A stretch of 64,000 nt of DNA, from NCBI GenBank assembly GCA_951406725.2, contig OX597816.1, forward strand, positions 131,440,001 to 131,504,000, read 5' to 3'. This DNA comes from Octopus vulgaris. Lineage: Eukaryota. Position numbers and translations under genes: made by a program. Of this stretch, positions 39,491 to 53,465 are shown piece by piece (position 1 is the first letter of the stretch; the number at the start of each line of letters is the position of its first letter). The notes under the pieces were generated by a model. That model saw only the letters and a program-made list of their open reading frames with translations, searched no databases and had not been told where the DNA came from.

Positions 39491-39960
39491 GGGCGGTGAG
39501 CTGGCAGAATTGTTAGCACGGTGGGCAAAATGCTTAGTGGTATTTCGTCTGCCGTTACATTCTGAGTTCAAATTCCGCCAGGATCGGCTCTACCTTTCAT
39601 CCTTTCGGGGTCAATAAATTAAGTACCAGTTACGCACTGGGGTCGATGTAATTGACTTAATCCATTTGTCTGTCCTTGTTTGTCCCCTCTATGTTTAGCC
39701 CCTTGTAGGCAATAAAGAAATAAGAATTGTTAGCATGCCAGGTAAAATGCTTAGTTGTATTTCGTCAGTCGTTACATTTTGAATTCAAATTCTGCCAAGG
39801 TTAACTTTGCCTTTCATTCTTTTGGGTTGATTAAATAAGTTCCCAGTTACACACTAGGGTTGATTTATTTGACTTAATCCGTTTGTCTGTCCTTGTTTGC
39901 CCCTTCTGTGTTTAGCCCCCTCTGTGTTTAGCCCCCTGTGGGCAATAAAGAAATAAATAA
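39491..39960 (+). mobile_element. Two tandem SINE family B copies
   Basis: ggcggtgagctggcagaattgttagcacg...gggcaataaagaaataa, twice. Confidence 0.9.
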
Positions 39961-40309
39961 GTATTTAAATATGTTTTATGCTAAAGATACTAATTGATAT
40001 ATGGGACACAAATATGTATAAGATACATTCTTGGAGAATATTTTTGAAATACTACCAAGTATTTGCAACTGGCAAACTACTTATTTCCAATAATACATAC
40101 ATACATACATAGATGTATACATACACACACATACCCATACATACATGCATGCATGCATACATACATAATACATACATACTTACATACATACAATTTAATT
40201 ATTTCTCTGTGACTCTTCTAGCAACACCTCAGCTAGTCATCATTTATTTGTATGTGCATGTGTGTGAACTTGTATGTGTAGTATGTGTCTCAGTGTATAC
40301 TAGTGTCAC

Positions 40310-40605
40310 TAGGCCTAGTGGTTAGAGCAGCGGACTCGTGGTTGAGGGATCGTGGGTTCGAATCTTAGAACGGGCGATTGTGTGTTTATGAACAAAACAC
40401 CTAAGTTCCACGTGGCTCCAGCAGAAGGTAATGGCGAATCCCTGCTGACTCTTTCACCACAACTTTCTCTCACTCTTTCTTCCTGCATCTTGCAGCTCAC
40501 CTGCGACGGACCGGCGTCCTGTCCAGCTGGGGAACCTATACACCAAGGAAACCGGGAAACCAGCCCTTATGAGCTAGGCATAGCTCAAGAAAGAACAAAC
40601 AACAA
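40310..40605 (+). mobile_element. tRNA-derived SINE, family C-related and CpG-rich
   Basis: ggcctagtggttagagcagcggactcg...gggttcgaatc; ggaaaccgggaaacc; (aaca)n tail. Confidence 0.8.
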
Positions 40606-40621
40606 AAACAACTCAGTGTAT

Positions 40622-41085
40622 GTCTTTTATCTTTTACTTGTTTCAATCATTGGACAGCAACCATGCTGGGGGCACCACCATGAAAAGTTTAGTCAAACAG
40701 ATGGACGCCAGCATTTTTAAAAAAAACTTTGCAATTACTCTCTCAGTCTCTTTTGCTGAACTTCTAAGTTTCAGAGATGTAAACAAACCAACACTAGTTG
40801 TCAAGGGGTTGTAAGGGACAAACATTGTGACACACATAGATATATACGTACACACACATACCCATACATACATACATACATACATACATACATACATACA
40901 TACATACATACATACATACATAGATGTATACATACACACACATACCCATACATACATGCATGCATGCATACATACATGCATGCATGCATACATACATAAT
41001 ACATACATACTTACATACATACAATGAGTTTCTTTCAGTTTCCGTCTATCAAATCCACACACAATACTTTGGTTGGCCTAGAGCT
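40622..41085 (-). mobile_element. SINE family A with expanded internal (TACA)n
   Basis: Family A 3' and 5' halves separated by ~190 bp of compound microsatellite. Confidence 0.7.
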
Positions 41086-41469
41086 TAATTGTCCATACAA
41101 GTTACTTTTGTTGGGACGAAGTGGAGTAGAAAGAGGGATATGTGGATAAGTAGATATACTAAGATGGGAGGGTAGAATGATGGTAAGTTGGATGGATAAG
41201 AATAAAAATAAAGCTGGTAAATAGAGAAAAAACTGAAAGGTGGTTAGGTTGAGAAATGATAAAAAAAAAAGTAGGTATTTAGAGAAAACATTAAAATGAT
41301 AGGCAGACAGAGAAATCAAATGAAAGGTAGGTAGATGGGGAAGACATTAGAAAATTAAGTAGTTAAAAAGGTATTTGGATAGAAAAATGAATGAATGGAT
41401 GGGGACATGGTTGCATAAGGAAACAACTGGTAGTTGGAAGAAAATATGTGCAACATTACATTAAATAAT

Positions 41470-41975
41470 TGTTTCAAATGTTGGCAGAGGGTCAGCAGTT
41501 TTTGTTGGGGGAGGGGAAGGTCGATTACATCGACCCTAGTAATTGACTGGTACATATTTCATCAACCCTGAAAGGCAAAGTCAACCTTAGCAGAATTTGA
41601 ACTCAGAATATAAAGATGAGCGAAATACCACTAAGCATTTTGTCTGGCATGCCAACAGTTCCTGCAGCTTGCCACCTTATCATTACATAGGTGCAGGAGT
41701 GGCTGTATGGTAAGTAGCTTGCTTACAAACCACATGGTTCCAGGTTCAGTCCCACTGTGTGTCAACTTGGGCAAGTGTCTTCTACTATAGCCTCAGGCCG
41801 ACCAATGCCTTGTGAGTGAATTTGATAGACGGAAACTGCAAGAAACTCATCATATATATATATGTTTGTGCGTCTGTGTTAGTATCCGCAACATCGCTGG
41901 TGTGTTTACATCCCTGTAACTTAGTGGTTTGGCAAAAGAGACCAATAGAATAAGTACTAGGCTTACAAAGAAAAA
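41470..41975. mobile_element. SINE B (-, 41470-41680) and SINE A (+, 41690-41975), head-to-head
   Basis: Family motifs as above. Confidence 0.8.
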
Positions 41976-41979
41976 ATCC

Positions 41980-42011
<32 letters not shown>

Positions 42012-42033
42012 TGTATGTATATGTATGTATGTA

Positions 42034-42302
42034 TAATCATCACTAAAAGCAACTAAGGGTGCAAGTCAGCACCAGCATTGCTTGAAACTCTTAGCCATAA
42101 ACAGAGCATTTTCTGTTCAACAGGACACTATCTACTGACTGACAAGGGGTTGCTCTGTTGAACAGAACACTATCTTACTGAATGACAATGGGGTGCTCTG
42201 TTGAACAGAAAATATTCTGTTCATGGCTAAGAGTTGTTTTCACTCTTATTTCTAGTAATGCTGGTGCTGACTTGTACCCTTAGTGACTTTTAGTGACGAT
42301 TG
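42034..42302. mobile_element. TA-flanked MITE, mostly palindromic
   Basis: aatcatcactaaaagcaactaagggtgcaagtcagcaccagcatt / aatgctggtgctgacttgtacccttagtgacttttagtgacgatt; inner IR and 2x ~43-bp direct repeat. Confidence 0.85.
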
Positions 42303-42339
42303 TACTTGTGCCTTTTGGTTTTAAATTGCAAGCCAGATA

Positions 42340-43700
42340 TATCTATATGTATATAACTGAAAATGTGTGTCTATGTGTCAGTCTGTATATGCTAATCCCT
42401 AAAACTCGAGAAGTACCCAACCGATTTCATTCAAATTTTATACATGCATTACTTAGGGTCCATAGAGTGTCATGGGCCAAAAATATTTTAAACTTCATGC
42501 CTAATGCAGGCCTGGTGCAATCTTTTATACTGGTTTGGTATTACATGTCAAAGTGAAAGAATAACATCTATATTGTAATGTGATATAATATTGTTTCACT
42601 TTTATTCTTTCACGATTAATTCTAATGTGATAAAAGATCATCTTATTTTACACATTTACTGTTCAATTATCAGTTAATAATTATTGCAGTAGTTGCAAGG
42701 TATTTACAGTTACATATTAACTCTTAAGTTAACATTTAATATATGTGCTTAATCTATATATACAAAATTATTTGTCTGTCTGTCTCTCTGTCTGTCTGTT
42801 CCCTTTGCATTCTCAAATGGCTGCACCATATCAAATGAAATTTTACAAGGTAATAGTATTACATGTGTCAACATGTAATTTTTTTCATTTCCATTAAAAC
42901 AATATAACATTTTATAGAGATAATCTTTCTATAGTCAAATATAGTACAGGACATTTTATACCATGATGACGACAATGCCACATTTTATATATGAGTGTAT
43001 GAGTGTGCATGTATCTGTCAGTGTGTGTGTGTGTGTTTCCGCATTCAAAGACAATGTCGCATTTTGTATGTGAGTGTATATGTGTCTGAGTTTGTGTGTG
43101 TTTCTGCATTAGGTACACTATTCAACACACACCCACACATCTACACATACATGTGACGACTGACATGTGTGAATGTATGTCTGTCTGTTTCTCTTACTAT
43201 ATAGTATTACATCCCACGACTGTCAACATGTTATTTGTTTTTCATTTTGATTAAAAAAGATATATTTCATACACATAATCTTTCTATAGTCAACTATAAT
43301 AGTACAAGACATTTTGTATGAGTGTATCTGTCTGTATGTGTGTTTGATACATACAAGATAGTAAAGGACATTTTATACCACAACAACGACGATGTCATAT
43401 ATATGAGTGTGTATGTGTGTGGGTATATGAGTGTGTGTGTGTTTCCACGTTAGGTACATTATTAAGCACATACACATCTACACATACATATACACATGCG
43501 ACGACTGACATGCGTGAATGTATGTCTGTATGTTTCTCTCTTACTATATGTATATGACTGTATGTGAGAATGTGTGTGTATCATCACATTTTGTATATGA
43601 ATGTGTATGTGTCTATGAGTGTGTGTGTGTTTGTGCGTCCATTACCTATGTTATTAAACACATACATACATCTAAGCATACATATATATATGTGACGAGA
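42340..43700 (+). mobile_element. Helitron-like 5' ends (42340, 42752) followed by ~340-bp tandem units
   Basis: atctatat...(gtct)n...accgatttcattcaaattt style starts like 49234; 42853-43200 repeated at 43200-43550. Confidence 0.5.
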
Positions 43701-43734
43701 ATGGCTGGAGGTGAAACTCTTGACAACTTATACA

Positions 43735-43797
<63 letters not shown>

Positions 43798-43854
43798 TTA
43801 TGTGGTTCCAGTATATTTATGTGCATATAAATGTAATGGATGTGTATATAACAA

Positions 43855-44066
<212 letters not shown>

Positions 44067-44212
44067 ATATTTATCCTACATTATATCTGTACAACTTGAT
44101 GCAACCCTGAAAAACTGGCTCACAAGTCAGCATCATTAGATGATGGCTGGCATAATGGAATAGGAGCTTTATTTGCATATTCAAAATGCTTCCCATAAAC
44201 AAATTTAGAAGC

Positions 44213-44276
<64 letters not shown>

Positions 44277-44303
44277 TACATTAATTCAATGAAATGAAAA
44301 TCA

Positions 44304-44379
<76 letters not shown>

Positions 44380-44840
44380 AAACGCATATAAACATGCAGA
44401 CACATATATATTCTTTTGTTATCTCAATAACTACTTGCATTGTGTGTGTATGCATTAGTGTGTGAGCCCGTGTATATGTGTGCATGGGTGTGTCTGTGTG
44501 TGTATGTGCACATGTGTATGTCTGTGTGTGCAGCAAAGTGCATGAGTAGGTGTGTGTGTGTGCATTGTGAAATTTTTGTTGTTTTTATGTTTAAAGTGTA
44601 ACGTGTATTTATGAGACTATGTCATTGCATGAATATTTACATGCACATACATACATACACACACACACACAGGTACACACACACAGATATATACACATAA
44701 ACATGCACACATACAAACACACACACACAGTTGTATGAATGGTTGAATGAATGTATATCAAGTACATTAGAGTGTGTATGCTAATATTGTGAAAATGTGT
44801 GGGTGTGTATTTCTTGACTTTTTGTAGATATTCATGTATA

Positions 44841-45974
44841 TGAAGTATATTCCAGAAGTTTTGAGACTTTTTTTAGGAGCAGTTATAAATGTCATAAAAA
44901 AAATAAATAAATGCACCCTTTTAAAGCCTATCCAGGCTCATGGGCCCGGATTCCCAGTTTCAATGGCATATGTGTTCTCCAGCTGGATGGGACGCCAGTC
45001 CATTGCAGCGTTACTAATTTTTGCCAGCTGAGTGGACTGGAGCAACGTGAAATGAAGTGTTTTGCTGAAGAACACAATGCGTCGCCTGGTCCAGGATTCG
45101 AAACCACAATCTTACAATAATGATGCTGACACCCTAACCACTAAGCCACGTGCCTCCACTTAGAAATGTCATAGATTATTGTAATTTTAGTATATTTCTA
45201 TATATCTGATAAGCTGACCTGCCAACTTTGTTATTCCAGATTTAAGAAGCTGTAAAACACACTCAACTAAATACTGCTTGTCACAGCTGACTTGTTTGGA
45301 GAATGCAGCTGGGACATGAAGACAATTTGGAAGCTTACTATGCCTCCAATAAAGTTCAAGTTAAACTGGACAAAAATGCTACAGAAACTTAGGAAAAGCT
45401 CCAGACTGTCAATGGATCAACTTGTATGACCTGAGCATCTGTTTTTCACTGGTACAAGAGGCCAAGTGAAGCAGGCTCGCTGGGAATCTCATGATGACCC
45501 ATTTTTTGCAAAAGTAAATGCATCATCTACATCCCCTGGGTTCCCTCTAGTTAGATGGTTGACAAAGGGTACTTTGTTGAGACTTTGAGGACAGTCAGGA
45601 AGAGATTTCATTGCAAAAGGCTAGAGTCCCTGCAACAGGACAATGCACCAGTTCCCAATTCCACCCTGTTAATTAACTGCTTGATAGAAATGGGCATCAA
45701 AACTGCCCCTCACTCTCCCTACAGCTCAGATGTTGCTCCCTGTAACTTGGTTGTTCTCCAAGCTGAAGGAGAAGGTGGAGATGGCTGTGTCAAGGAACCT
45801 GGACACCTTCAGTTAAAAGGACTTGCGTGAGGTCTTCATGAAGTGGCTTGTGTACTATAACAAGTGCTTTAAAGTTAGAGGATTCTACTTTGAAGGAGAT
45901 TAGAATTTTTTAATTCTTTGAAATTAATAAATGTCTCGCCTGAAAAAGTCTTAAAACTTCTGGAATGCCCCTTG
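44841..45974 (+). mobile_element. Decayed mariner with nested SINE
   Basis: TIR attccagaagttttgagactttt / aaaagtcttaaaacttctggaat; KLDKNATET, QQDNAPV, HSPYSSDVAPC. Confidence 0.8.
44897..45159 (-). mobile_element. SINE family C with TSD
   Basis: Flanked by tta(t/g)aaatgtcata duplication; head ggaggcacgtggcttagtggttaggg. Confidence 0.85.
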
Positions 45975-45984
45975 TACTTTTTTT

Positions 45985-46902
45985 TTTATCTTGTTTCAGT
46001 CAAGTGTGGACATGGTGGGGCACTGCCTTGAAAGAATTTTTTTAGTTGAATGAATCAACCTCAGTACTTAGTTTGTCTCATTTTCTTTAAGCCTGGTACT
46101 TACTTATTCTATCAGTCTCATTACTGAACCACTAAGTTAGGAGACATAAACGCACCAACACAAGTTGTCAAGCAGTGGTCAGGGACAAACACTGATACAC
46201 CCCACCCCACACATGTGCACATGATGAGCTTCTTTCAGTTTCTGTCTACCAAATCCACAAGGCTTTGGTTGGCATGAGACTATAGCTGAAGATATTTGCT
46301 CAAGGTGCCATGCAGTAGGACTGAATCAGGAACCATATTTAATACACAACCAAAAGAGCTACTAATAGTTTCATGCTTTTATGATACTTTAACTAGGCAT
46401 ATTTATAAAATACGCCATGTATCTCAAGCATGTACTAGATTCATTCAAGAAGTTTTGAAACTTTTTCAGCTGATGTATACATGTATACACACATATACTC
46501 TTTTAGTCTTTTACTTGTTTCAGTCATTTGACTGTGGCTATGCTGGAGCACTGCCTTTAGTCGAGCAAATCGACCCCAGGACTTATTCTTTGTAAGCTTA
46601 GTACTTATTCTATTGGTCTCTTTTGCCGAAACACTAAGTTATGGGGACGTAAACACACCAGCATCGGTTGTCAAGCGATGTTGGGGGGACAAACACAGAT
46701 ACACAAACATATACACACACACACATATACATATATATATGATGGGCTTCTTTCAGTTTCTGTCTACCAAATCTACTCACAAGGCTTTAGTCGGCCCAAG
46801 GCTATAGTAGAAGACACTTGCCCAAGGGGCCACGCAGTGGGAATGAACCCGGAACCATGTAGTTCGTAAGCAAGCTACTTACCACACAGCCACTCCTGCG
46901 CC
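45985..46902 (-). mobile_element. Two SINE family A copies (decayed 45985-46335; full 46498-46902)
   Basis: Reverse complement of 118-520. Confidence 0.85.
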
Positions 46903-46912
46903 TAATGTATAC

Positions 46913-46950
<38 letters not shown>

Positions 46951-47019
46951 GTATATACATACACAAACACACACATATATATATGTATGCTTATGTATGT
47001 ATATATATTTTCGAGTATG

Positions 47020-47129
47020 CTTTTTTCAGGAGATTTTGAATAACTTCGCTTCAGTATTCATGTACTTCTGTATATGTGTCAGTATTTCTATCTTTGTATG
47101 CAAACTTGTATGTGTGTGTACATGTATAC

Positions 47130-47176
<47 letters not shown>

Positions 47177-47990
47177 TGTATGCATGTGTGTGCATCTGTG
47201 TACATGTGTGTTTTGTGTGTGTGTGTGTTGTGTGTGTCTGTGTGTGTGCACGTGTGACTGTATGTGTGAAGATGTGTCTGCATTTCAAAGTGTATCCTTT
47301 GCACATGTGCTTATATGAGTATGTGTATAAGTATGTAAGTGGGTGAGTATGTGTGTGTTATACAAAGCCATGCATACAAAAAATAAATTAAATTTGTTGG
47401 TGTTAAGGGATATTAAAAAAGTGAAAACAAATTAGTAAGTTGCAATAATGTTAATGTTGAAAAGCTTGTTGGTGGCCTAACACATAAATGCACCTATACA
47501 CACACAAACACACACAAAGTTACATCCATACTTGCGCACACACACACACACACATACACACATACACACATACACACACACATACACACACACATGCACT
47601 TTCATGCATGTATAGTTACACTCAGATACATACACTCATACATGCACACATACACACTCACACACACACACACACACACATACACATTCACATTTATACT
47701 CACATACTCATACCTGCATATATACATATACACACATGCACACTCAAACCCACATTCCTACTCACGTACTGATACATACACACCTATACTCACATGGGTA
47801 CACAAATTCATGCACACACATGCATACTCACAGACACTCAAATTCACATTCATACTCATACATACACACACATACACACACAGATGCATACCCACAGACA
47901 TAGACACAAAAGCACATTCATACACACATACTCATACACACGCACACAAAAATGTACAAATTCACACACACACATTCGTATACCACATAC
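47020..47990. repeat. TG- then CA-rich degenerate microsatellite block
   Basis: Direct reading. Confidence 0.85.
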
Positions 47991-48151
47991 ACGCTTTGGC
48001 AGTGAAAAACCATAAACACCATTTTAACACATGCAGATCTCATCATGGAAAACTGCATTAATCTTATGTGTTAAGGTTTTAAACAATCACTATTGGAATG
48101 CATCATGTTGCAAGAAGTGAAGCATTTACTTTTAATTCATAAGACCGACAT

Positions 48152-48340
48152 AGGGCGGCAAGTTCAGAGAAATGGTAGAGTACCTTAACAGATGCTTTGA
48201 CGTGTTTCATTTCATCTTGATCTGTGTTCTGTGTCCCAAATCTCCCCTGGATCGATTTTGCACTTTGTTCCTCTGGGGGTCGATAAAATAAGTACCAATA
48301 ATATGTGTGATTCAGTGCAGTTGACTGGTAAATCAACTGC
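48152..48340 (+). mobile_element. Diverged SINE family B
   Basis: gggcggcaagttcagagaaat...ggggtcgataaaataagtacca. Confidence 0.6.
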
Positions 48341-48752
48341 TACCCAGAATGTCTGGTGATTAAATCAAAAGACAGCTGTTGTAAGACAAATGGTAGTAAC
48401 TTCTTTTCTTTATATAATTAGTCTTTCTTTCATTTTTTTTTTGTTTTGGAAATTTTACTGTAATATTTTTTATTGTATAGCATGTCATATTGTATTATAT
48501 CCAACCATATAAAATGATACTGTATTGTTCCACATCATTCTATATATAAGTTACACTAAGATTATATGCTACTCAAACAAGGGTACCCAAAACAATAAGA
48601 AAGCGAGCAAATGAGAAAAGCCTGTATGTGTTCACTTAACCTGCTAGATGTAGCAGCCAAATATTTCTCAAATTACACTTTATTTTCTTAAAAATAGGAA
48701 GAACACATTTGATTATGTTGTCCTAGATAAGCAATGCCTGGAAATAATAAGA

Positions 48753-48839
<87 letters not shown>

Positions 48840-49023
48840 TACAAAGAATATGGAGACTGGTACATCTTCAAATTTTTCTTTTAATTTAACACTTAGTCAT
48901 ACAGCATAATTAGTAAGTTAATATAACTGACTCATATTTCTGCTGTACTGAGGGTCGTTCTGTAAGTGTGGTTTGCTTGTAGAAAGTGTATTAGCACCTA
49001 TTAAACAGCCTTGCTGAGCGCCC

Positions 49024-49060
<37 letters not shown>

Positions 49061-49233
49061 TATATATATATCTAAATATATGTTTATATATATACATGAG
49101 AAGTATTGGTGTCCAGAAGACCCAAGGTGGCAGGTAAGGTTATGTAAGTGCTATGGAAGAACCGTAGTTAAACTCTCAGTTTGATAATAATACAAGTGAG
49201 GAGTCTAATGCGGATCTTGTATGAGCATGTATA

Positions 49234-49703
49234 TCTCTCTATATATAAACGGCAGTTTGTCTATCTGTGTGTCTGTCAGGTTGTACCCTCACCCTGACCA
49301 CGGCTTTCAACCGATTCTGATGAAACTTGACACACACATAGCCCAATGTCATAATTCAAAACTAACGGAGCGAAAATTTTGAAAAGTTCCCCAGTTCTGA
49401 AAAAATTTATAAATTCGACATGGGGTCGAGAATCTAAGCTTTTTATATGCAACACATTTTCTGTTGTAGTTTTCGCAACTTGCAATCGATGTTGAGGGTA
49501 AAGTCTCGAATGTAATTTCTTCCTGGTAGGAATTGGTTGGGTTGAATTATCGATAGCTGTTTGATAGTTATTTGGGAGTGAGGAGAAGACATTGCAACCT
49601 ACACATGCGCCTTTGTTCCCAAGAGGGAAAGGACTAGATTGGGATTAGTCGTTGCCTACTAGGGGCTCTTACATACCCGGGCAATGCTGGGTTATGCTGC
49701 TAG
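49234..49703 (+). mobile_element. Complete non-autonomous Helitron
   Basis: A|TC start, 3' hairpin acccgggcaatgctgggt (49675-49692), CTAG|T end, no TSD. Confidence 0.8.
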
Positions 49704-49773
49704 TGTTAAATAAAATGAGACAACAAAGCCAAGGTTGTGTGGAATTTTCAGGACATTTATGAAGTGAAAGTTA

Positions 49774-49820
49774 GTCTTTCAGCTGTTTCTGGGATATTAG
49801 CAGTATACCTTCATCAGAGA
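49774..49820 (-). ncRNA. Hammerhead motif, cleavage-site U mutated
   Basis: tct-CTGATGA-aggtatactgctaatatccca-GAAA-CAGCTG-AA-aga. Confidence 0.6.
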
Positions 49821-50429
49821 TGATATAAAATTGTTAAAGTGAGGGAAATAGTAGAGTTCAATATAAGGAGTTATTTTGGAAAAGAATGGAAATAAGAAGT
49901 ATAAAGGGAAGTAAGAGAATAAAAATAAAAATAAAAATATATGCAGGATTTTATAGTTGCAGTTCCATTACCCAAGGAAAGTAGTGTGTAGGAGTGGTAG
50001 AAATGCTTCTTGTCCATGGTATGTAAATTCCAACAGGAGTTCATATTTTGCCATTACAAATGGAAAGTGTGGAGATGTAGATTCCATGTGCTATTCATTC
50101 AAAGGGGTCTTGTGGTGTGAATGAAATTTTGAGAATGTAGTAGTAGTATTAAGTAGATAGAGAGGAAAGAAAAGAGAAAAGATGTGTATGTTAAAATGAA
50201 GAGAAAGGTCAAAAGGAATAGGTGAGGAAAGAAGAAAGAAATCCTTTTTTAATATATTAGACTCCAACTTCTCTCATTAACATGAATAGTACTCTATCTT
50301 TAATAGATCTACTTTAAAGCAATCCTACTCTTCCCCACCTGACTCTGAGTCTAACGTAACAGCCTCCAATAGATGAAAACTGTCTCTATTATCAAAATAT
50401 ACACTGAAACAACTCTGAATACATGAACA

Positions 50430-51000
50430 CCTAACACATATTTAGCTCCAACAGTGAACCCAATACTTTAGGCCATAACAAAAACCCAACCAATCCTACT
50501 AACACTAACCAGAATACTAGTACCCTGACCTCCACCACAAATACAAATATGATAAATAATAACAACGATAGAAATAATAATAATAATAACAATGTTAATA
50601 ACCTAGACCAATCCACCCCCATCTCTAACCTCTCTTCAAACAGTATTACTTCCTCCATTCCTAAGAATAATCCCCACAATGTACTATCATGTAACTGCTA
50701 CCCTGGGATCACTTGCCCTCTACAAACCTGTTGCAGGAGATCTAATGTAATTTACAAATGCACCATCCTCAACACGCTACACAATTCTACAACTATATAT
50801 ATAAACTTTAAACAGAGATATGCTGCACATCTTAATTCTTTTAGATATGATAAACACAGTAAATCCACAACCCTCACCAGTCACATACATCTTCTTAAAA
50901 ATAGCTTTTGATAAGTTAAAAGAAAAAAAAAATATTTTTGGCAAACATTGACCCAAACTTGCCAACTTGCCAATTTAAGAGAATCCCTATTCCAATAACT
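50430..51000 (+). pseudogene. PLE GIY-YIG endonuclease remnant
   Basis: SCNCYPGITCPLQTCCRRSNVIYKCTI..IYI-NFKQRYAAHLNSFRYDKHSKSTTLTSHIHLLK. Confidence 0.75.
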
Positions 51001-51405
51001 TGAACCTGTCTGGCCTAATGTGCCAAAATTGTTCTTTCTTTAATAAACCTGTTATCAAAATGTCACATGTATATCAATTTTAGATAAATGCTTATAGATA
51101 AAATTTTTTATAACATTATATTGCAGGAAGATTTTTTTCTCTTTTATTTCAAAATTCAAGTATCACCAAAATACCTGGAACATGTCACTGCTGGAACATT
51201 TCACTGCTGGAACATGTCACTGCTGGCACATGTGTCCCCATCAGTGACCAACACCATCATCATTACCATCACCCCAACATCACCATCATCTTATCACCAT
51301 CATCATTATATATATATATACATATATATCTGTATATATATATATATATAAGTAAATAGACATTCCATAAAACATTGTTTTATGTTTCAGTTGACTGTTT
51401 AATCA

Positions 51406-52352
51406 TGTCGTGTACAAAAGAAGCCTTGGAACTGTCCAAATTTCAAAGAGGCTGTATTGTGTGTCATTCTGAAGGTGGACATAGTGTAAAAATCACAGAA
51501 ATCATTGGGATCCCACTTTCTACAGTTGTTAGGGTGATTGTGCAATTCACAAGAAAAGGGAAGGAGTCCACATAACCTTACCCTGGCCAACCAGGGCCCT
51601 CTGACAAGACCCTTTGCTTTGTTAAGTGAAGTGTGGAGGATAATCCTCATTGTAAGGCCTCTGACATAGCAGAACAAATTATTGTCAGTCCCAGAACAGC
51701 TGTTAGGTATCTCCACAAACTTGGCTACTATGGCAGAGCAGCAAGAAAGAAGTCACTTTTTCAACCAGCCAATATCAAGTGGAGAAAAGATTGGGCCAGT
51801 GAGATGATGGAGTGGTCACTAGCATTTTAGAACACTATCATATTTCCTGATGAGTCCAGATTTTCTGTATTTTCTGACAGTGATCGAGTGTGGGTCTGGA
51901 GACTGATCAAGAATTTCACATGTAAAGATTGTTGCTAACAATGAAACAAAGCAGCTATTCTGTGATGGTCTGGGAAGCAATTTAGAGCAATTGTCAATCA
52001 AAGCTGGTGGAGTGTGATGGAAACATAAACTCAGATAAATATGTGTCCATATTGCAGACAGGATTCCTTCCGATCTTCTCCAATGGTGAAATGATTAAAG
52101 AAGACCATTTTTGGAAGATGGGGCTCCTTGTCACATGGCTAAAAAGACCCAGGATTGGTTGGAAAAAAATGGCATTAAAAAACTTCCATGATAAAGCCAG
52201 TCACCAGATGTGAACTCTATTGAACACCCCTGGGGCATAATGGACAGGACACTTCATAAAAAGAACAAGAAAGCTTCCTCAAAGCCAGATTTTTTGTGAT
52301 TACTGCATGAAACTTGGCAAGAAATTCCCTAAGAAAATATTTGTCATCTGAT
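51406..52352 (+). pseudogene. Tc1-like DD34E transposase pseudogene
   Basis: [29 protein letters not shown]-34 residues-E (GAPCH...SQSPDVNSIEHPW); stops and frameshifts. Confidence 0.9.
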
Positions 52353-53465
52353 CAGAGAAGAAAACAAAAGACTAAATTTTAATTTTAAAATGCTGATTTT
52401 TGTGACTAAAAATTCTTCAAGGTGTTGCCCCAGCATGGCCACAGTCCAATGACTGAAGCAAGTATTAAAAAAAAGCTGGGGGTCGATACATTTGACTAAA
52501 AATTCCTCAAGGCGGTGCCCCAGCATGGTCATAGTCCAATGACTGAAACAAGTAAAAAGATTTTTAGAAAGTAAAAGAAAAAAAACGAAAAAGAGCAAAA
52601 AAATATAACTGTAGGGGTTTTGTTTGCTTTTGCACTTTAACTAAGGTTTTTTTTCCCAAGGGCTTTTGCCTTAGTGGGGATTTGTCTTAGGGAGTTTTTG
52701 TCCGGATCCCTACACACACACACACACACACATGGTGGTTGTCTACATCTTTGACAGAGCTTGACCATCTCTTGTACTTACACCTTAGATCATGGTGTTT
52801 GATGTGGCTTTTTCAACCAGACAATGTTTTGAAAAGACACCCACATAAATTGCATACCTGCTTTGGACCACCAAGAGCTGCAGATAAGTTCTGATCTTTG
52901 TGGATCTTAAAATATCTTTTGAAGCCTCTGTTAGATTTGCAGACCTTATGGTATACACGGCATTGACAGGTATGCATCCATCCATACATACATACATACA
53001 TACATACTCACACACACATACACACATACGCGCATGCACGCACACACACACACACACACACACACAATTATACATACATATATACATGCATACATACACA
53101 ATGGACTTTTTTTAGTTTCTGTCAACCAAATCCACATATATGGCTTTGGTTGACCCATAGCTTTAGTAGAAGATGTTTGCCTAATGTACCATGTCACACA
53201 GTGGAACTGAACCCATGACCAAAAGCTTGAGATGCAACACACAGCTACATCTGCATCTATTAACTACACAGACATGCCACAGATACAAAAACAAAAGCAA
53301 ACTTTCTTTTTGGATATACATATAATTGATAGTATGATAACTAAAATTCATGTTGACCACAACTTTGCATTTGCATGGCAGTTGAATAAAACTTGAAGTC
53401 ACAATGTTCATGAATTTTGTAAATATTCTATTCTCCTCTTAAACTTACTTTAACTCTTTTACATG

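Noticed and set aside
46355-46450. Hammerhead 3' half (GAAA-ctattag-TA) on the minus strand; similar at ~9750
   Set aside because: No recognisable CUGANGA core or stem I
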